Part shown: piece by piece, positions 1 through 9,999 of the stretch | Layout: each line of letters starts with the position of its first letter | How positions within the stretch are numbered: the stretch's first letter is position 1 | Assembly (NCBI GenBank): GCA_016839815.1 | Contig: JAEOTM010000198.1 | Coordinates: 1-53,081 of the forward strand | Origin: Candidatus Hodarchaeota archaeon | GTDB taxonomy: Archaea > Asgardarchaeota > Heimdallarchaeia > Hodarchaeales > Hodarchaeaceae | Direction of reading: 5' to 3' | DNA: 53,081 bases | Made by a program: the position numbers and the translations under genes | The notes under the pieces: generated by a model | What the model was told of the DNA's origin: nothing | The model's database searches: none | What the model saw: the letters and a program-made list of their open reading frames with translations, nothing else

Positions 1-363
1 AATTTTTGAATAACCTAGTCGGATTGCTTCAATTATAGTGGTTCCTCCACCCATGAATGGATCCAAAATCGTCATATCGGAGAATGAATGGTCTTTTAGA
101 TATATATCCCAGAATAATCTCTTTCTAGATTGTTCCTCATCAGTATATGGCTTAAGACTAGCGAATATCAGAATAGATCTAAATATAGAACCTAATCTTC
201 GGGCAAACCATTTATGAAGTGTCAGGATTGGACGATAGTATCTTTTAGCATTACTCTCGCGAAGAGCTAAATCACTCACTTGAGAGAAAGGAAAATCTAA
301 TTCGATCTGCCTCTCTTGGTTTAACTTTTCGGCTTCAGAGGTACTTGGTGGTGTTTTACACAT
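1..363 (-). CDS. DUF1156-like amino-DNA methyltransferase, N-terminal part (runs off the window start)
   Basis: Not in the ORF track. Hand translation from ATG at 363: MCKTPPSTSEAEKLNQERQIELDFPF...YYRPILTLHKWFARRLGSIFR...ILDPFMGGGTTIIEAIRLG. It has the HKW-ARR motif and SAM-binding DPFxGGG motif, and is paralogous to 996..3080. The exact start is uncertain. Confidence 0.85.
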   Translation of the reverse strand, partial: MCKTPPSTSEAEKLNQERQIELDFPFSQVSDLALRESNAKRYYRPILTLHKWFARRLGSIFRSILIFASLKPYTDEEQSRKRLFWDIYLKDHSFSDMTILDPFMGGGTTIIEAIRLGYSKI

Positions 364-929
364 CGTGGTTCATAAATTTCTGATTGTCCTGAATTCTCAA
401 TTAGGACGAGGGGACTATTATAGGGACTATGAATACCAACTATCAATCGTTGAGTAAGGACAGCCCAATGATTACAGTCTGGATATTCACATATAGCTGT
501 TAATCGGGTAACACGATGTGCTCTCCCAACTAGTGAGGGCATTGGACCAAATGGCTCTCCACGGAAACTCAATAATAATCCACACACAATGACATGGTAT
601 TCTTTTCGAATCAATTCTTCAATAACCTCTACAAGGTTATCCGCAAAGAATTGAGCTTCATCAACTCCCACGAATTTGCATTCCCTAGTCTCTAAATATG
701 TCAAAATATCTTCTGGATGCTTATCATCTACTATAACCGCTTCTAATTGCATATCACTACCTCTTGACGCGATACCGGGCTCTCGGGTATTAACTGCAGG
801 TTTAAATACGATTCCTTTGATATCAGAGTATCTTAACTCATTGAACATTCGTATTAAATATTCACTTTTTCCTGATTTCATCGGTCCGAATATTGCTTCA
901 AGATATCCAGGTTTATAGATTTCTGGCAA
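321..929 (-). CDS. tdk: Thymidine kinase (TK1 type)
   Basis: GPMKSGKS P-loop, FKPAVNTR, VGVDEAQFF, FRGEPFG, and Zn/lasso motifs AICEYPDC ... YEPRCVKHH. Confidence 0.92.
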   Translation of the reverse strand: MPEIYKPGYLEAIFGPMKSGKSEYLIRMFNELRYSDIKGIVFKPAVNTREPGIASRGSDMQLEAVIVDDKHPEDILTYLETRECKFVGVDEAQFFADNLVEVIEELIRKEYHVIVCGLLLSFRGEPFGPMPSLVGRAHRVTRLTAICEYPDCNHWAVLTQRLIVGIHSPYNSPLVLIENSGQSEIYEPRCVKHHQVPLKPKS

Positions 930-995
930 AATGATTACCTTCCATTAGTGCTTGTCTTGAAATCTCAATCTTTTTTTTTAAGGAGAATGTTTTGA

Positions 996-3080
996 CTATT
1001 TTTTCATCTGGAATAGCTCTTCTAAAGTTTTCTTAAGAGCATTGTCAGTTTCATGGAGTGAATGCAATGATAATAATGGTAACATTTGAGAGAGTAATTC
1101 CTCTCTTTTACCCTTTGTTGTTTGACTCGAATTTTGTGAATAATTTTGCATCCACGCTCTAGTATCCTCCTTTAGAGATTTATTTTCCTTCCGTAAAATT
1201 CGAATGTCTTCTTCCTTTAACTTTTTACATACAAGAATGAGATCAATATTACTTCCTGATACTGGTCGTGCGTGGAATTCACTTATTATAGGGAAAGCAA
1301 ATTCAAGAAGAAAATTACTTTCTTTTAAAGCTTTGAGTATTAAAATCCATGCTTTTGCAGTAGAATGATGAAAAGTAAATATGAGTGGGGAATTTTCTTT
1401 TAACACTCGATAACATTCCTTGAATACTTTAATCAATTGAGAAACAAATGATTTGCCGTCTTTTTCTGCTCCAACCTCATCTTCATTCACAACAGTGGCC
1501 GCTTTAAACCAAGGATAGGTCGTACGCAATACCAATCGTAACCACACATAGAAAAAGTTTGCTAACTCACTATACTGAATATAATCGAAATATGGAGGAT
1601 CAGTTAGTACTAAATCAATTGATTGATCTGGAATACCATATTTAACTAAATTTGTTGAGCTACCTGCTATTAACAGGGAATCAGGGGTAGAACTATTGAC
1701 AAGCTGATGAAAACTCTCAACACACTTCGCGTAGATACGATCACCTAGAACAGGTATTCGGGAAATTTGATTCTTTTGAAAAATGATTTCGAAAGGCGAT
1801 TCACAGTAAGTTTTTCCCTTTTTTATTCTATCTAGATATGTACGAAAGGTTCCATTCCCTTTTACTGTTCCCCAAACATTATTCTCTACATACTGTAAAG
1901 GAATTAAAAATGATTGAAAATTGAAAACATTTACGATTTGTTTCATTGTATAATTATATGGACATAGTACAGTATGAAATTCCAAGCAACTAGAAAAGGC
2001 ACTAATAAAAAATTCTTTCAAATTCTGATCAGTAATCGATAATATATAATCTAGAATCAAGCTTAGGCTTAATAATTGCCGGGGATTAAATAAATCTGCG
2101 AAAGTTTTAAAACCATAATTTTTTAGATTTTTAATATTCGACCCGGTAGAGGGTAGGGATTCTCTTGGAAATGTTAGTGTTCCTTTTTTGCTATTGAATA
2201 GAGTCACTAGTTCATTATAATTCTCAATATCCTCTTGTGCTACTGCTTTATATCCACGAAACTTACAGTCATTGCAATAAAATTCAATAGCAATTTGTCT
2301 AGACGAAAAAGATTGAATATCCTTATTTATTATATCCACTAAGCGATATTCTTTCTCACATTTTGTACAGGAAAATTGTTTTTTTCTACAGTTCCCATTT
2401 TTTGGGATAAACTTGGTATTACAGCTAGGACAGCTATTTTGAGAAGCAAGATCTTCTTCAGAATAAAATAATAGATCGCATTCGGGACAGATAATAAGAG
2501 TTTCAGAGCTTTTACGTTGTTTCTTACCTATAATATAGTATTTAAACAGATCCTCTATAGAATGGCAATGTGGACATTGAATAGTACGTACCCAAAAAGT
2601 ATACATGATATCTGCATGATGAGATCCACATTCAGAACATTTCGTCTGATAAAACTTTTTTATTTGTCTTCCAACGCTATCAGTCATCAAAGTCGTCTTT
2701 TGATCGAATTCTTCAATATTTAAGTAGTCTAGTTCTTTTTTTGTTGTAAACCAAGCAACGGGATTCAGATCAATGCCTATTGATTTTACCCCGAGTCTAT
2801 TAAGCTCAACTAAGCTTGTACCTCCTCCACAAAATGGATCTAAAATAATTTTATCCGAAAAATTATGATTTTTATAAAATTCTCCTCCAACATCTTCTGT
2901 AGAATTAAATAAAGCTGCATCAGAGAAATGAGCTAAACCTAATGCGCGAAATGTTGAACCTGGTCTTCGTGCCCATGATTTATGAATCGAATAAATTGGT
3001 CGATAGAATTGTCGTCGTTGAGATTCGACCTTTGCGATTTTTTCAATTGTCCTTATTGGGAAATCTTTTCCAATTGGCAC
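996..3080 (-). CDS. DUF1156-like adenine-specific DNA methyltransferase with Zn-ribbon insert
   Basis: HKSWARRP, DPFCGGG (motif I), several CxxC pairs, TDPPY (motif IV), FTFHH. Confidence 0.88.
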   Translation of the reverse strand: MPIGKDFPIRTIEKIAKVESQRRQFYRPIYSIHKSWARRPGSTFRALGLAHFSDAALFNSTEDVGGEFYKNHNFSDKIILDPFCGGGTSLVELNRLGVKSIGIDLNPVAWFTTKKELDYLNIEEFDQKTTLMTDSVGRQIKKFYQTKCSECGSHHADIMYTFWVRTIQCPHCHSIEDLFKYYIIGKKQRKSSETLIICPECDLLFYSEEDLASQNSCPSCNTKFIPKNGNCRKKQFSCTKCEKEYRLVDIINKDIQSFSSRQIAIEFYCNDCKFRGYKAVAQEDIENYNELVTLFNSKKGTLTFPRESLPSTGSNIKNLKNYGFKTFADLFNPRQLLSLSLILDYILSITDQNLKEFFISAFSSCLEFHTVLCPYNYTMKQIVNVFNFQSFLIPLQYVENNVWGTVKGNGTFRTYLDRIKKGKTYCESPFEIIFQKNQISRIPVLGDRIYAKCVESFHQLVNSSTPDSLLIAGSSTNLVKYGIPDQSIDLVLTDPPYFDYIQYSELANFFYVWLRLVLRTTYPWFKAATVVNEDEVGAEKDGKSFVSQLIKVFKECYRVLKENSPLIFTFHHSTAKAWILILKALKESNFLLEFAFPIISEFHARPVSGSNIDLILVCKKLKEEDIRILRKENKSLKEDTRAWMQNYSQNSSQTTKGKREELLSQMLPLLSLHSLHETDNALKKTLEELFQMKK

Positions 3081-3241
3081 TAGCTTTTCTCCTAAGAAAT
3101 ACTCTAGTTTAGATTTAACTAACCATTAGTTTTAGCTATCGATATTTTGGACTCTAAACGACACCTTAAAATATTTAACGAGTAAATACGGTATTTAGTT
3201 AGTCTTTCCATTCAAGAAAAAATAAATGGTGTATTAACATA

Positions 3242-4114
3242 GTGAAGGCTATAGTTAGATCTGCAAAAAAATCTGATCTATCTTCCCTTGAAGATCTATA
3301 TACTCAATGTATGGGAGAATTCGAATATACCTTTTATAAGACTAATTTTCGTTCATATATTAGCTCACATCGTGATCTAATCAAAGTTTCAGAAGAACCA
3401 TCTGGGATTATTTCAGGATTTGTCTTAGTATACATATCTAACCCTCAAAAAGCTAGGATTCAAGCAATGTTTGTTTCAGCAAACTACCGAAATCGGGGGA
3501 ATGGAACTAAACTGCTTGGAGCAATCGAAAAAGAAATTTTAACAAACTACCCCAAGCTTCGTTATTTGTCTATTCGTATTCCTGAAGAGTATTTCTTATT
3601 TCAATCATTTTTTCTTAATCAAAACTTTGAAATTATAGCTAAGATAAATGGATACGTAAAAAATAATCTTGACTTTCCCTACTCTGTCAATAAGAACTTT
3701 TTCATCCGAAATGCTAGAGAATCTGATCTTGAGGGTATTCTACGGATTGAAAAAGCGTGTTTCTCAACGTATTGGCAGATGAGTAAAGTTAAATTTCAAC
3801 AAATTATGAAAAATCCTTCAGAGGTCCTATTCGTTGCTTTCTGGGAGGGGAAGATTGTCGGGTATAATTTCAATGCTGTATCTCAGATTAACCAGAGTGG
3901 TAATTACATCCGAATTGCTACTCTTCCAGACCTCCAACAAAAACGTATTGCTACCTCCCTGACTGCACACGCTTTTAAGTGGTTTAGAGCACATAAAATC
4001 GATAGAATTGTATTATCAACCTATGCGAATTCACCCGTCCATAATAATATGTATAAAAAATGGGGATTTATCAAAAATGATCAGGAGGTTATCTTAGCTC
4101 GGAAGTATTATTAA
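3242..4114 (+). CDS. Tandem GNAT-domain acetyltransferase
   Basis: Two GNAT repeats with acetyl-CoA motif A (YRNRGNGTKL; LQQKRIATSL) and C-terminal MYKKWGF. Confidence 0.8.
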   Translation: MKAIVRSAKKSDLSSLEDLYTQCMGEFEYTFYKTNFRSYISSHRDLIKVSEEPSGIISGFVLVYISNPQKARIQAMFVSANYRNRGNGTKLLGAIEKEILTNYPKLRYLSIRIPEEYFLFQSFFLNQNFEIIAKINGYVKNNLDFPYSVNKNFFIRNARESDLEGILRIEKACFSTYWQMSKVKFQQIMKNPSEVLFVAFWEGKIVGYNFNAVSQINQSGNYIRIATLPDLQQKRIATSLTAHAFKWFRAHKIDRIVLSTYANSPVHNNMYKKWGFIKNDQEVILARKYY

Positions 4115-4125
4115 TATCATATCCT

Positions 4126-4749
4126 TTATTTTCTTAATGTGCAATAAATTGTTTTTACATATATATTAGAACCTCTCATCTCAACATTAATGAAATCAGT
4201 AGTATCTAAGTAAAAATTCTTGCGGAATCTGAAGCTTAGGTTCGAAAGCAAGTGAGGGAAAGAACTCATGATTACTCCTCCATGAGTGACAACAATATTC
4301 CTTCCTTTTGGAAAATCTTCATAGCTCATTCTCAGGTTCTTTAAAAAATCCTCAATTCGGGTAATTATCTGGGATAGTGATTCTCCTTGGGGAAGGGATG
4401 CGTCCATATTGTTATGGTCAAACCATTCCACCCAAAGATCCATGAATTGGGACCAACTTGTTGAATCCGTTTTGTCTTCTAACTCTCCTACACTAAACTC
4501 TATTAATCTTGAATCAATCTCTGGAATGATCCCAAAATAGGTACTCAATATTTCTGCAGATTGAACAGCCCGTTTTAGTGGACTTGCATATATTTTATCA
4601 AATTCCAAATAGAGATTCTTTAGCCTTTTAGCTAGTGAATGAACCTGTCTTCTTCCCCTATCCGTTAATCCATGTTTAAATCCTGTATTTGAAAATACTT
4701 TCTCAATATTAGCTTGACTTTCTCCATGACGGACGAATATAATTTCCAT
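4126..4749 (-). CDS. Histidine phosphatase family protein
   Basis: RHGES, SPLKRAVQSA, GES and VTHGG motifs. Confidence 0.9.
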   Translation of the reverse strand: MEIIFVRHGESQANIEKVFSNTGFKHGLTDRGRRQVHSLAKRLKNLYLEFDKIYASPLKRAVQSAEILSTYFGIIPEIDSRLIEFSVGELEDKTDSTSWSQFMDLWVEWFDHNNMDASLPQGESLSQIITRIEDFLKNLRMSYEDFPKGRNIVVTHGGVIMSSFPHLLSNLSFRFRKNFYLDTTDFINVEMRGSNIYVKTIYCTLRK

Positions 4750-4811
4750 ATGTTATACTCCTTTTAGTTCAATCACTTTTACTGACGATTTCACTCCGAG
4801 CAACACAGTTA

Positions 4812-6197
4812 CTATTCTTTAGATGAAGCAAATCTTACCATATGATCTAGGACTTTAATAGCAGTATTGATATCGTCATATACAACACCACCTTCTAAAC
4901 GGATTTGAGTCGTCCATTCTTTTTTGATCCTATTATCTCCCACAATGTAAGTTATAATCGGTTTATTGAATTTTTTCATAGTATTTATTAGGGCTGGATC
5001 AAAGGTAATTGCTACTTGCATTGCGGCGATCATCAAAAGGATCATATCTATTTCGTTACTTTCAAATAAAGTAGGGATTATTTGGTGTAAAGCTTTAGCC
5101 AACCCATGTATTTCAAACGCAGGCCAAGAATCTAGCGGATTTTTAGGGGACATCCACTTTGGGAAGAATTCTTGTAATTTTTTGGTTGTAACATCTGACA
5201 ATTGAGGAATCTTGATATTGAAATTCGCTGCAATATCTGCTCCAATGACACCCCCTGCACCTGTAATCGTAACTATTGCCAGGCGATTCCCTGCAGGCAG
5301 TGGTAATTTAGCAAAGGCTTCCATAATATTGAAAAATTCTCCAAATTCGGTCGCTTGAATTATTTTGGATTGTTTTAAGACGTTGGATAATAATTGGGGA
5401 GAACCATGAGCAGTACTCGAGGTGTGACTTAGTGCTGCCTTTCTACCAACCTCAGATTGTCCACCGAGTAAACATATCAATGGTTTTGTCTTTGTAAAAT
5501 CTTTTGCAAGTCTCAAAAATTTCCTAGGTTGTTTTAAGCCCTCTAGATAAAACGCAGCTACTCTAGTTTCGTAATCACTCATGAAATGCTCCAGAAGGTC
5601 ACATTCATCCACATCAATTCGATTTCCGATTGATGCGGCTGTTCGTACTCCCAGATAACGTTCTGTAAACATTTGCAGTATTACTGCACCTGAAAAATAT
5701 CCTGATTGCCCTACTATTGATACTACTCCCTTTTGTCTCATATCTGCAGTAATTGGCTCGAATGTGGTTATCAATTCATCCGTAATTGTTCCCATGCAAT
5801 TTCCTCCCCAGATACGTATGTTAAACTCTTTCCCAAGCCGACTTATTTCATTTTGAACTCTTTTTCCCTCTTCACCTATTTCTGCAAAGCCAGCACTCTC
5901 AATAATTACCCCTTTTACTCCTTTTTCATTACATTCGTGTAATAAAGCGGGAATGACTTTTGGTGTGACAAAACAGATAACCAAATCAATATTTTCTTCA
6001 ATATCTTTAAGCGAATGAAATACTTTTAATCCCAATATTTCTGTTGCCTTAGGGTTTATCGGATATATCCTTTCTGTATTAGAAAATGTCCATAATACGT
6101 TTTTTAATATTCCATATCCTGCTTTGGTCGTATTTCGACTGACACCAACGATTGCTATCGATTCAGGATGAAAAAAGCATGAAAGATCTGACTGCAT
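4812..6197 (-). CDS. Acyl-CoA synthetase (NDP-forming), alpha-subunit-like
   Basis: PESIAIVGVS CoA-binding start, SAGFAE, GGNCMG, GNRIDV, SHT catalytic His, NPLD. No ATP-grasp domain is present. Confidence 0.85.
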   Translation of the reverse strand: MQSDLSCFFHPESIAIVGVSRNTTKAGYGILKNVLWTFSNTERIYPINPKATEILGLKVFHSLKDIEENIDLVICFVTPKVIPALLHECNEKGVKGVIIESAGFAEIGEEGKRVQNEISRLGKEFNIRIWGGNCMGTITDELITTFEPITADMRQKGVVSIVGQSGYFSGAVILQMFTERYLGVRTAASIGNRIDVDECDLLEHFMSDYETRVAAFYLEGLKQPRKFLRLAKDFTKTKPLICLLGGQSEVGRKAALSHTSSTAHGSPQLLSNVLKQSKIIQATEFGEFFNIMEAFAKLPLPAGNRLAIVTITGAGGVIGADIAANFNIKIPQLSDVTTKKLQEFFPKWMSPKNPLDSWPAFEIHGLAKALHQIIPTLFESNEIDMILLMIAAMQVAITFDPALINTMKKFNKPIITYIVGDNRIKKEWTTQIRLEGGVVYDDINTAIKVLDHMVRFASSKE

Positions 6198-6308
6198 ACA
6201 CTTTCCTCTTCAATTTCACATAGAACGCTTTCTATCCTTGGAATTATAAGAGTTTCATAATCTAGCAAAGAGTATTCATAATAGCGATATACCTTGTTGA
6301 GATTACTG

Positions 6309-6893
6309 ATGGCCCAACGTAAAGATCAATCAATTAAGAATGGGGAGTTTTATCCCTCACAAGATAAATTAATTATATATAAATGCGACGTTAGCAACAC
6401 CAGAGGCTTCTTAAGAGATATTCTGCTTTCAACAGTCATTGTGGGTTTGTTTTCCTTCCTTCTCCTTGAATGGTACGCATTACTAGTTGTTCCAACGAGT
6501 TGGCCTTTTCTCATCCAATATTCTCTTCCAAACCATTATCAATCCCTCCAGTTCAACAAATATTCTCTTTTTTTTGCTAAAGGATCTTTAAAAGATCTTA
6601 TACTAACAAGATCATTATACCTTCGTAAAAAGTTTCAATATGGAGAAGTATTTCATATTCGTTTTAATAAATGGGAGAAACGTAAACGAGGAGGGGTAAA
6701 AGATGCATTTGGAAAAATCGAGATTAAGATTAATAAGGACTCGCCTGTTTTCACTTTTCTTATCACAAGTGAAGATTTAACTCGAATGGTTAAGATTTTC
6801 GATTCTTACCGGTTCCACTCTAAAGTAGTAAAAAAGCGCTCACGTGGTGAACTCATGTTAATTTTCCCGCTATCTCCACGTTATAACATGTGA
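6309..6893 (+). CDS. Hypothetical membrane protein (N-terminal hydrophobic hairpin, basic beta-rich C-terminal domain)
   Basis: Open frame in a gene-sized gap with a hydrophobic segment ILLSTVIVGLFSFLLLEWYALLVVP. ATG at 6309 preferred over TTG at 6294. Confidence 0.6.
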   Translation: MAQRKDQSIKNGEFYPSQDKLIIYKCDVSNTRGFLRDILLSTVIVGLFSFLLLEWYALLVVPTSWPFLIQYSLPNHYQSLQFNKYSLFFAKGSLKDLILTRSLYLRKKFQYGEVFHIRFNKWEKRKRGGVKDAFGKIEIKINKDSPVFTFLITSEDLTRMVKIFDSYRFHSKVVKKRSRGELMLIFPLSPRYNM

Positions 6894-6957
6894 ATGTATC
6901 CATTTTTTACCTCTAAAGAGATCAGGTTACTAGCCAAATGTTTATAATTTTGTAAAA

Positions 6958-8145
6958 GTGCATTATCTGTGGATTCTAATGGTTTCAATGAAATCGTTGC
7001 TTTTTGTATTCATATTACTCATGATCGTTCCTAATGACTTAAACCAAGAATATTCACAGATTACTGCAAGATCTTCAACACTTCCTTGGAATCTTCAACA
7101 AATCTACCTTTCTAAAGCATGGGATATAACAACGGGAAGTACTAACGTAACTATCGCTGTAATTGACACAGGTGTTGATTTTTCTCATCCAGCAATATCT
7201 GGTAATAGATGGATCAATACTGGAGAAATTGCCAACAATTCGTTAGATGACGATAAAAACGGTTATACTGATGATTATTTTGGATGGGACTGGGTAAATC
7301 AAGACAGTAATCCAGGTTGGCAAGTTAACGACGAAATTCATCATCATGGTACATTTATTGCAGGAATCCTTGCAGCAAATGATAGTGAAGTCATAGGAAT
7401 TTCTCCCCAATTTAAGGTAATGGCTTTACGGGTTGTTGATAAACAAACTCTTATTCCTAATCCACAGGGAATGAAAGAAGCAGTAGATTATGCGGTTCAG
7501 AAGAATGCTTCAGTTATTCTAATGAGTCTTGATTTACTGATTGGCCCTCCTGGATTTCTTGATAGTATCCGTAATGCAATATCAGCTAATATTCCAGTAG
7601 TTGGAGTAAGTGGTAATTCTGAGTGGGGAAATGAGTCTGTTGTATTACCAGCTAGATTTTCAGAGGTTATCGCTGTAGGTGCATCTAATTCTGATGGAGA
7701 AAAAGCTGAATACAGTAATATTGGTGAAGAGCTTGAGATACTAGCTCCTGGAGGTCAACAGTCTTTAAGTGAAATTAAAAGTACGTCAATAGGAGGTAGC
7801 TATCGTTATGGATCTGGAACATCCTACGCTGCTCCTCATGTTGCTGGAATCATTGGGCTCATAAGATCTATAAGAACAGATCTACAAGTAGAAGATATCA
7901 GATTTATTCTCCGTACTACTGCTCAGGACATCGGTGAAGTTGGTTGGGATGAAGAAACTGGATTTGGGATTATTAACGCCTCAGCAGCTCTTGAACTAGC
8001 ACAAATATTTGAAGGAGTGGATTCAACAACCACATCTCACACCTCAGGCTTTTTCAGAAAAATAAACCTATCCTTACTCGAAGTGGTGGCTTCTTTGATA
8101 ATAACCATAATTATACTCCGAAAGCACAAGAAGATTTCCAGTTAG
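6958..8145 (+). CDS. Secreted, membrane-anchored subtilisin-like (S8) serine protease
   Basis: Catalytic triad motifs VIDTG, HGT and GTSYAAPHVAG; N-terminal signal; Thr/Ser linker followed by a TM helix and basic tail. Confidence 0.92.
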   Translation: MHYLWILMVSMKSLLFVFILLMIVPNDLNQEYSQITARSSTLPWNLQQIYLSKAWDITTGSTNVTIAVIDTGVDFSHPAISGNRWINTGEIANNSLDDDKNGYTDDYFGWDWVNQDSNPGWQVNDEIHHHGTFIAGILAANDSEVIGISPQFKVMALRVVDKQTLIPNPQGMKEAVDYAVQKNASVILMSLDLLIGPPGFLDSIRNAISANIPVVGVSGNSEWGNESVVLPARFSEVIAVGASNSDGEKAEYSNIGEELEILAPGGQQSLSEIKSTSIGGSYRYGSGTSYAAPHVAGIIGLIRSIRTDLQVEDIRFILRTTAQDIGEVGWDEETGFGIINASAALELAQIFEGVDSTTTSHTSGFFRKINLSLLEVVASLIITIIILRKHKKISS

Positions 8146-8146
8146 A

Positions 8147-9796
8147 TTAGCTTCTCGGGATCTTGGTTTCCTTATCTCCACATGAGAGTGAAGTACGAAA
8201 TAAACCAAGTTTATGACGTGTCCCAGAATGAATCTCCACTTCTTCCACATTGATTAGACCACTTTCATAAATAGAAATTACATTAAATGTGTTTAAACGT
8301 CGTGAACGAATTTTTTTGCTTGAAAATGTCCCAGCATTGACAAATACAGTATTCTCAACTTGCATGGTCGTTGCATAATGTTCCAAACCTGAAAGAACAA
8401 GCGGTACGTTATGGGATGTGAGAAACTGGATAACATCACCCGCATCTTTTACAGCTCTCTTGAAGTAACTTCTAGGAATTGGTAACACCGAGTGATGCAT
8501 AGCAACGAAAAAGAACTTATATTTCCCATAACAATCATATTCGTGTTCAATCATTCTCATACGGCTTCTGCCGACATGACCAGCACCATCAGCACCTGTA
8601 TTGATCCCTAAAATACGTACTGCTGGATCCTCATAAATTGGATCCAAAGGACCCACCTGTTGTACCCACAATTCCCGCCCAAAGGGCTGTAAATCGCGAG
8701 TTCCTGGAACAATAAGATAGGGTACCCCTACTTCACTCAATTCTCTAAGTTTTTGTTTAGCTAAAGCGAAATCCTCGGGATAGGAGTCATTGGTTAAGTC
8801 TCCTGTGTGAATAAGGACATTAGGTTTTTCTCGTAACATCATCTTAATGCCTAGGTCATATATCTTGCTTAAGAAGTCATTTCCATTAGTAAAATGTGTG
8901 TCAGAGAAATGACATATTTTTGAAATTAATTTTTCCCCTGGTACCAAAAAACCTGCTTTTACTGCCAATTCTCCTTTCCATATTCGCTGAGTTTCTTGAT
9001 TAGCAGTTAAGAATTTTGAATATGTATCGCTTCCGTGAAATTGAACATTAATATTCTTATCCTTAACAATAATATCGACAAATGTATGACCTGCTGTTCC
9101 CCTCGTTTTGAAACTACTAAACGTACCAGAATTGATCAATAATGCTCTGCGTTCACCATTCGACAAAGAAAAAACATTGGGATAATGTCGATGCGCAGTT
9201 ATTAAAACATCAATACCAGCACTCCATATCACTTGAGAAACATCTCCAGCATCTAATATCATAGATCTCTCTCTTCCTGTACTAGGGATGGGTAAGAGAT
9301 GATGGTGAAAACAGAGGATTTTCAGAACATCGTCAGGTATTGTCTCAAGCTCGGCGATTGCTTCGATTCCACGATCACCTATGCGTCCAGTATTTTCATC
9401 AGGTTCTGAAGAGTCTATTCCTAAGATCACCATGTTTCCTCCCGCTTCTCGGGTGTCGATGTAAAATTGTCGATCACCAAAAAATCGTTTCCATAGCTGA
9501 TCTCCAATATTTCTCATATCATGGTTTCCTGGAATGGTGTACAATTCTCTTACTGTTGGAAAATGAGTTTGTAAGATTTCTTTCGATAATTCAAAATCCT
9601 CGTAAGTACCAGAGTCAGTAATATCTCCTAAATGTAACACTAATGCATTAGGATTCTTTTTTAGTCGTTTATTAATTAAAATTGCTCCCGTTTCAAACGC
9701 ATCTTGATGAAATAAACCAGTAAATTTTGATATATGTGTATCAGAGAATATCAGCAATTCTTCATATCTAGGTCTCTTTTTTGATCGTTTACCCAT
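8147..9796 (-). CDS. Tandem calcineurin-like metallophosphoesterase (Icc/CpdA-like)
   Basis: Domain 1: SDTH, GDITD, GNHD, HHH, AHRH. Domain 2: SDTH, GDLTND, HHS. Confidence 0.85.
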   Translation of the reverse strand: MGKRSKKRPRYEELLIFSDTHISKFTGLFHQDAFETGAILINKRLKKNPNALVLHLGDITDSGTYEDFELSKEILQTHFPTVRELYTIPGNHDMRNIGDQLWKRFFGDRQFYIDTREAGGNMVILGIDSSEPDENTGRIGDRGIEAIAELETIPDDVLKILCFHHHLLPIPSTGRERSMILDAGDVSQVIWSAGIDVLITAHRHYPNVFSLSNGERRALLINSGTFSSFKTRGTAGHTFVDIIVKDKNINVQFHGSDTYSKFLTANQETQRIWKGELAVKAGFLVPGEKLISKICHFSDTHFTNGNDFLSKIYDLGIKMMLREKPNVLIHTGDLTNDSYPEDFALAKQKLRELSEVGVPYLIVPGTRDLQPFGRELWVQQVGPLDPIYEDPAVRILGINTGADGAGHVGRSRMRMIEHEYDCYGKYKFFFVAMHHSVLPIPRSYFKRAVKDAGDVIQFLTSHNVPLVLSGLEHYATTMQVENTVFVNAGTFSSKKIRSRRLNTFNVISIYESGLINVEEVEIHSGTRHKLGLFRTSLSCGDKETKIPRS

Positions 9797-9999
9797 GTGA
9801 TGCGCTTCCTAATAGATTTTTACCCTATTCTCACGGATTTAAGATAAAGAATTTGTAGTGGTTAACTTTTACTAGTGGATGCAAATCCTTTGAATATAAA
9901 TAAATCTGCCTTTATGTTAATAAATACTCCTTTTTCTATGCTATTAAGTGTATTACGAAATAATGGATAGGCTATTGGCGTTACCTTGGAGAAATATTC

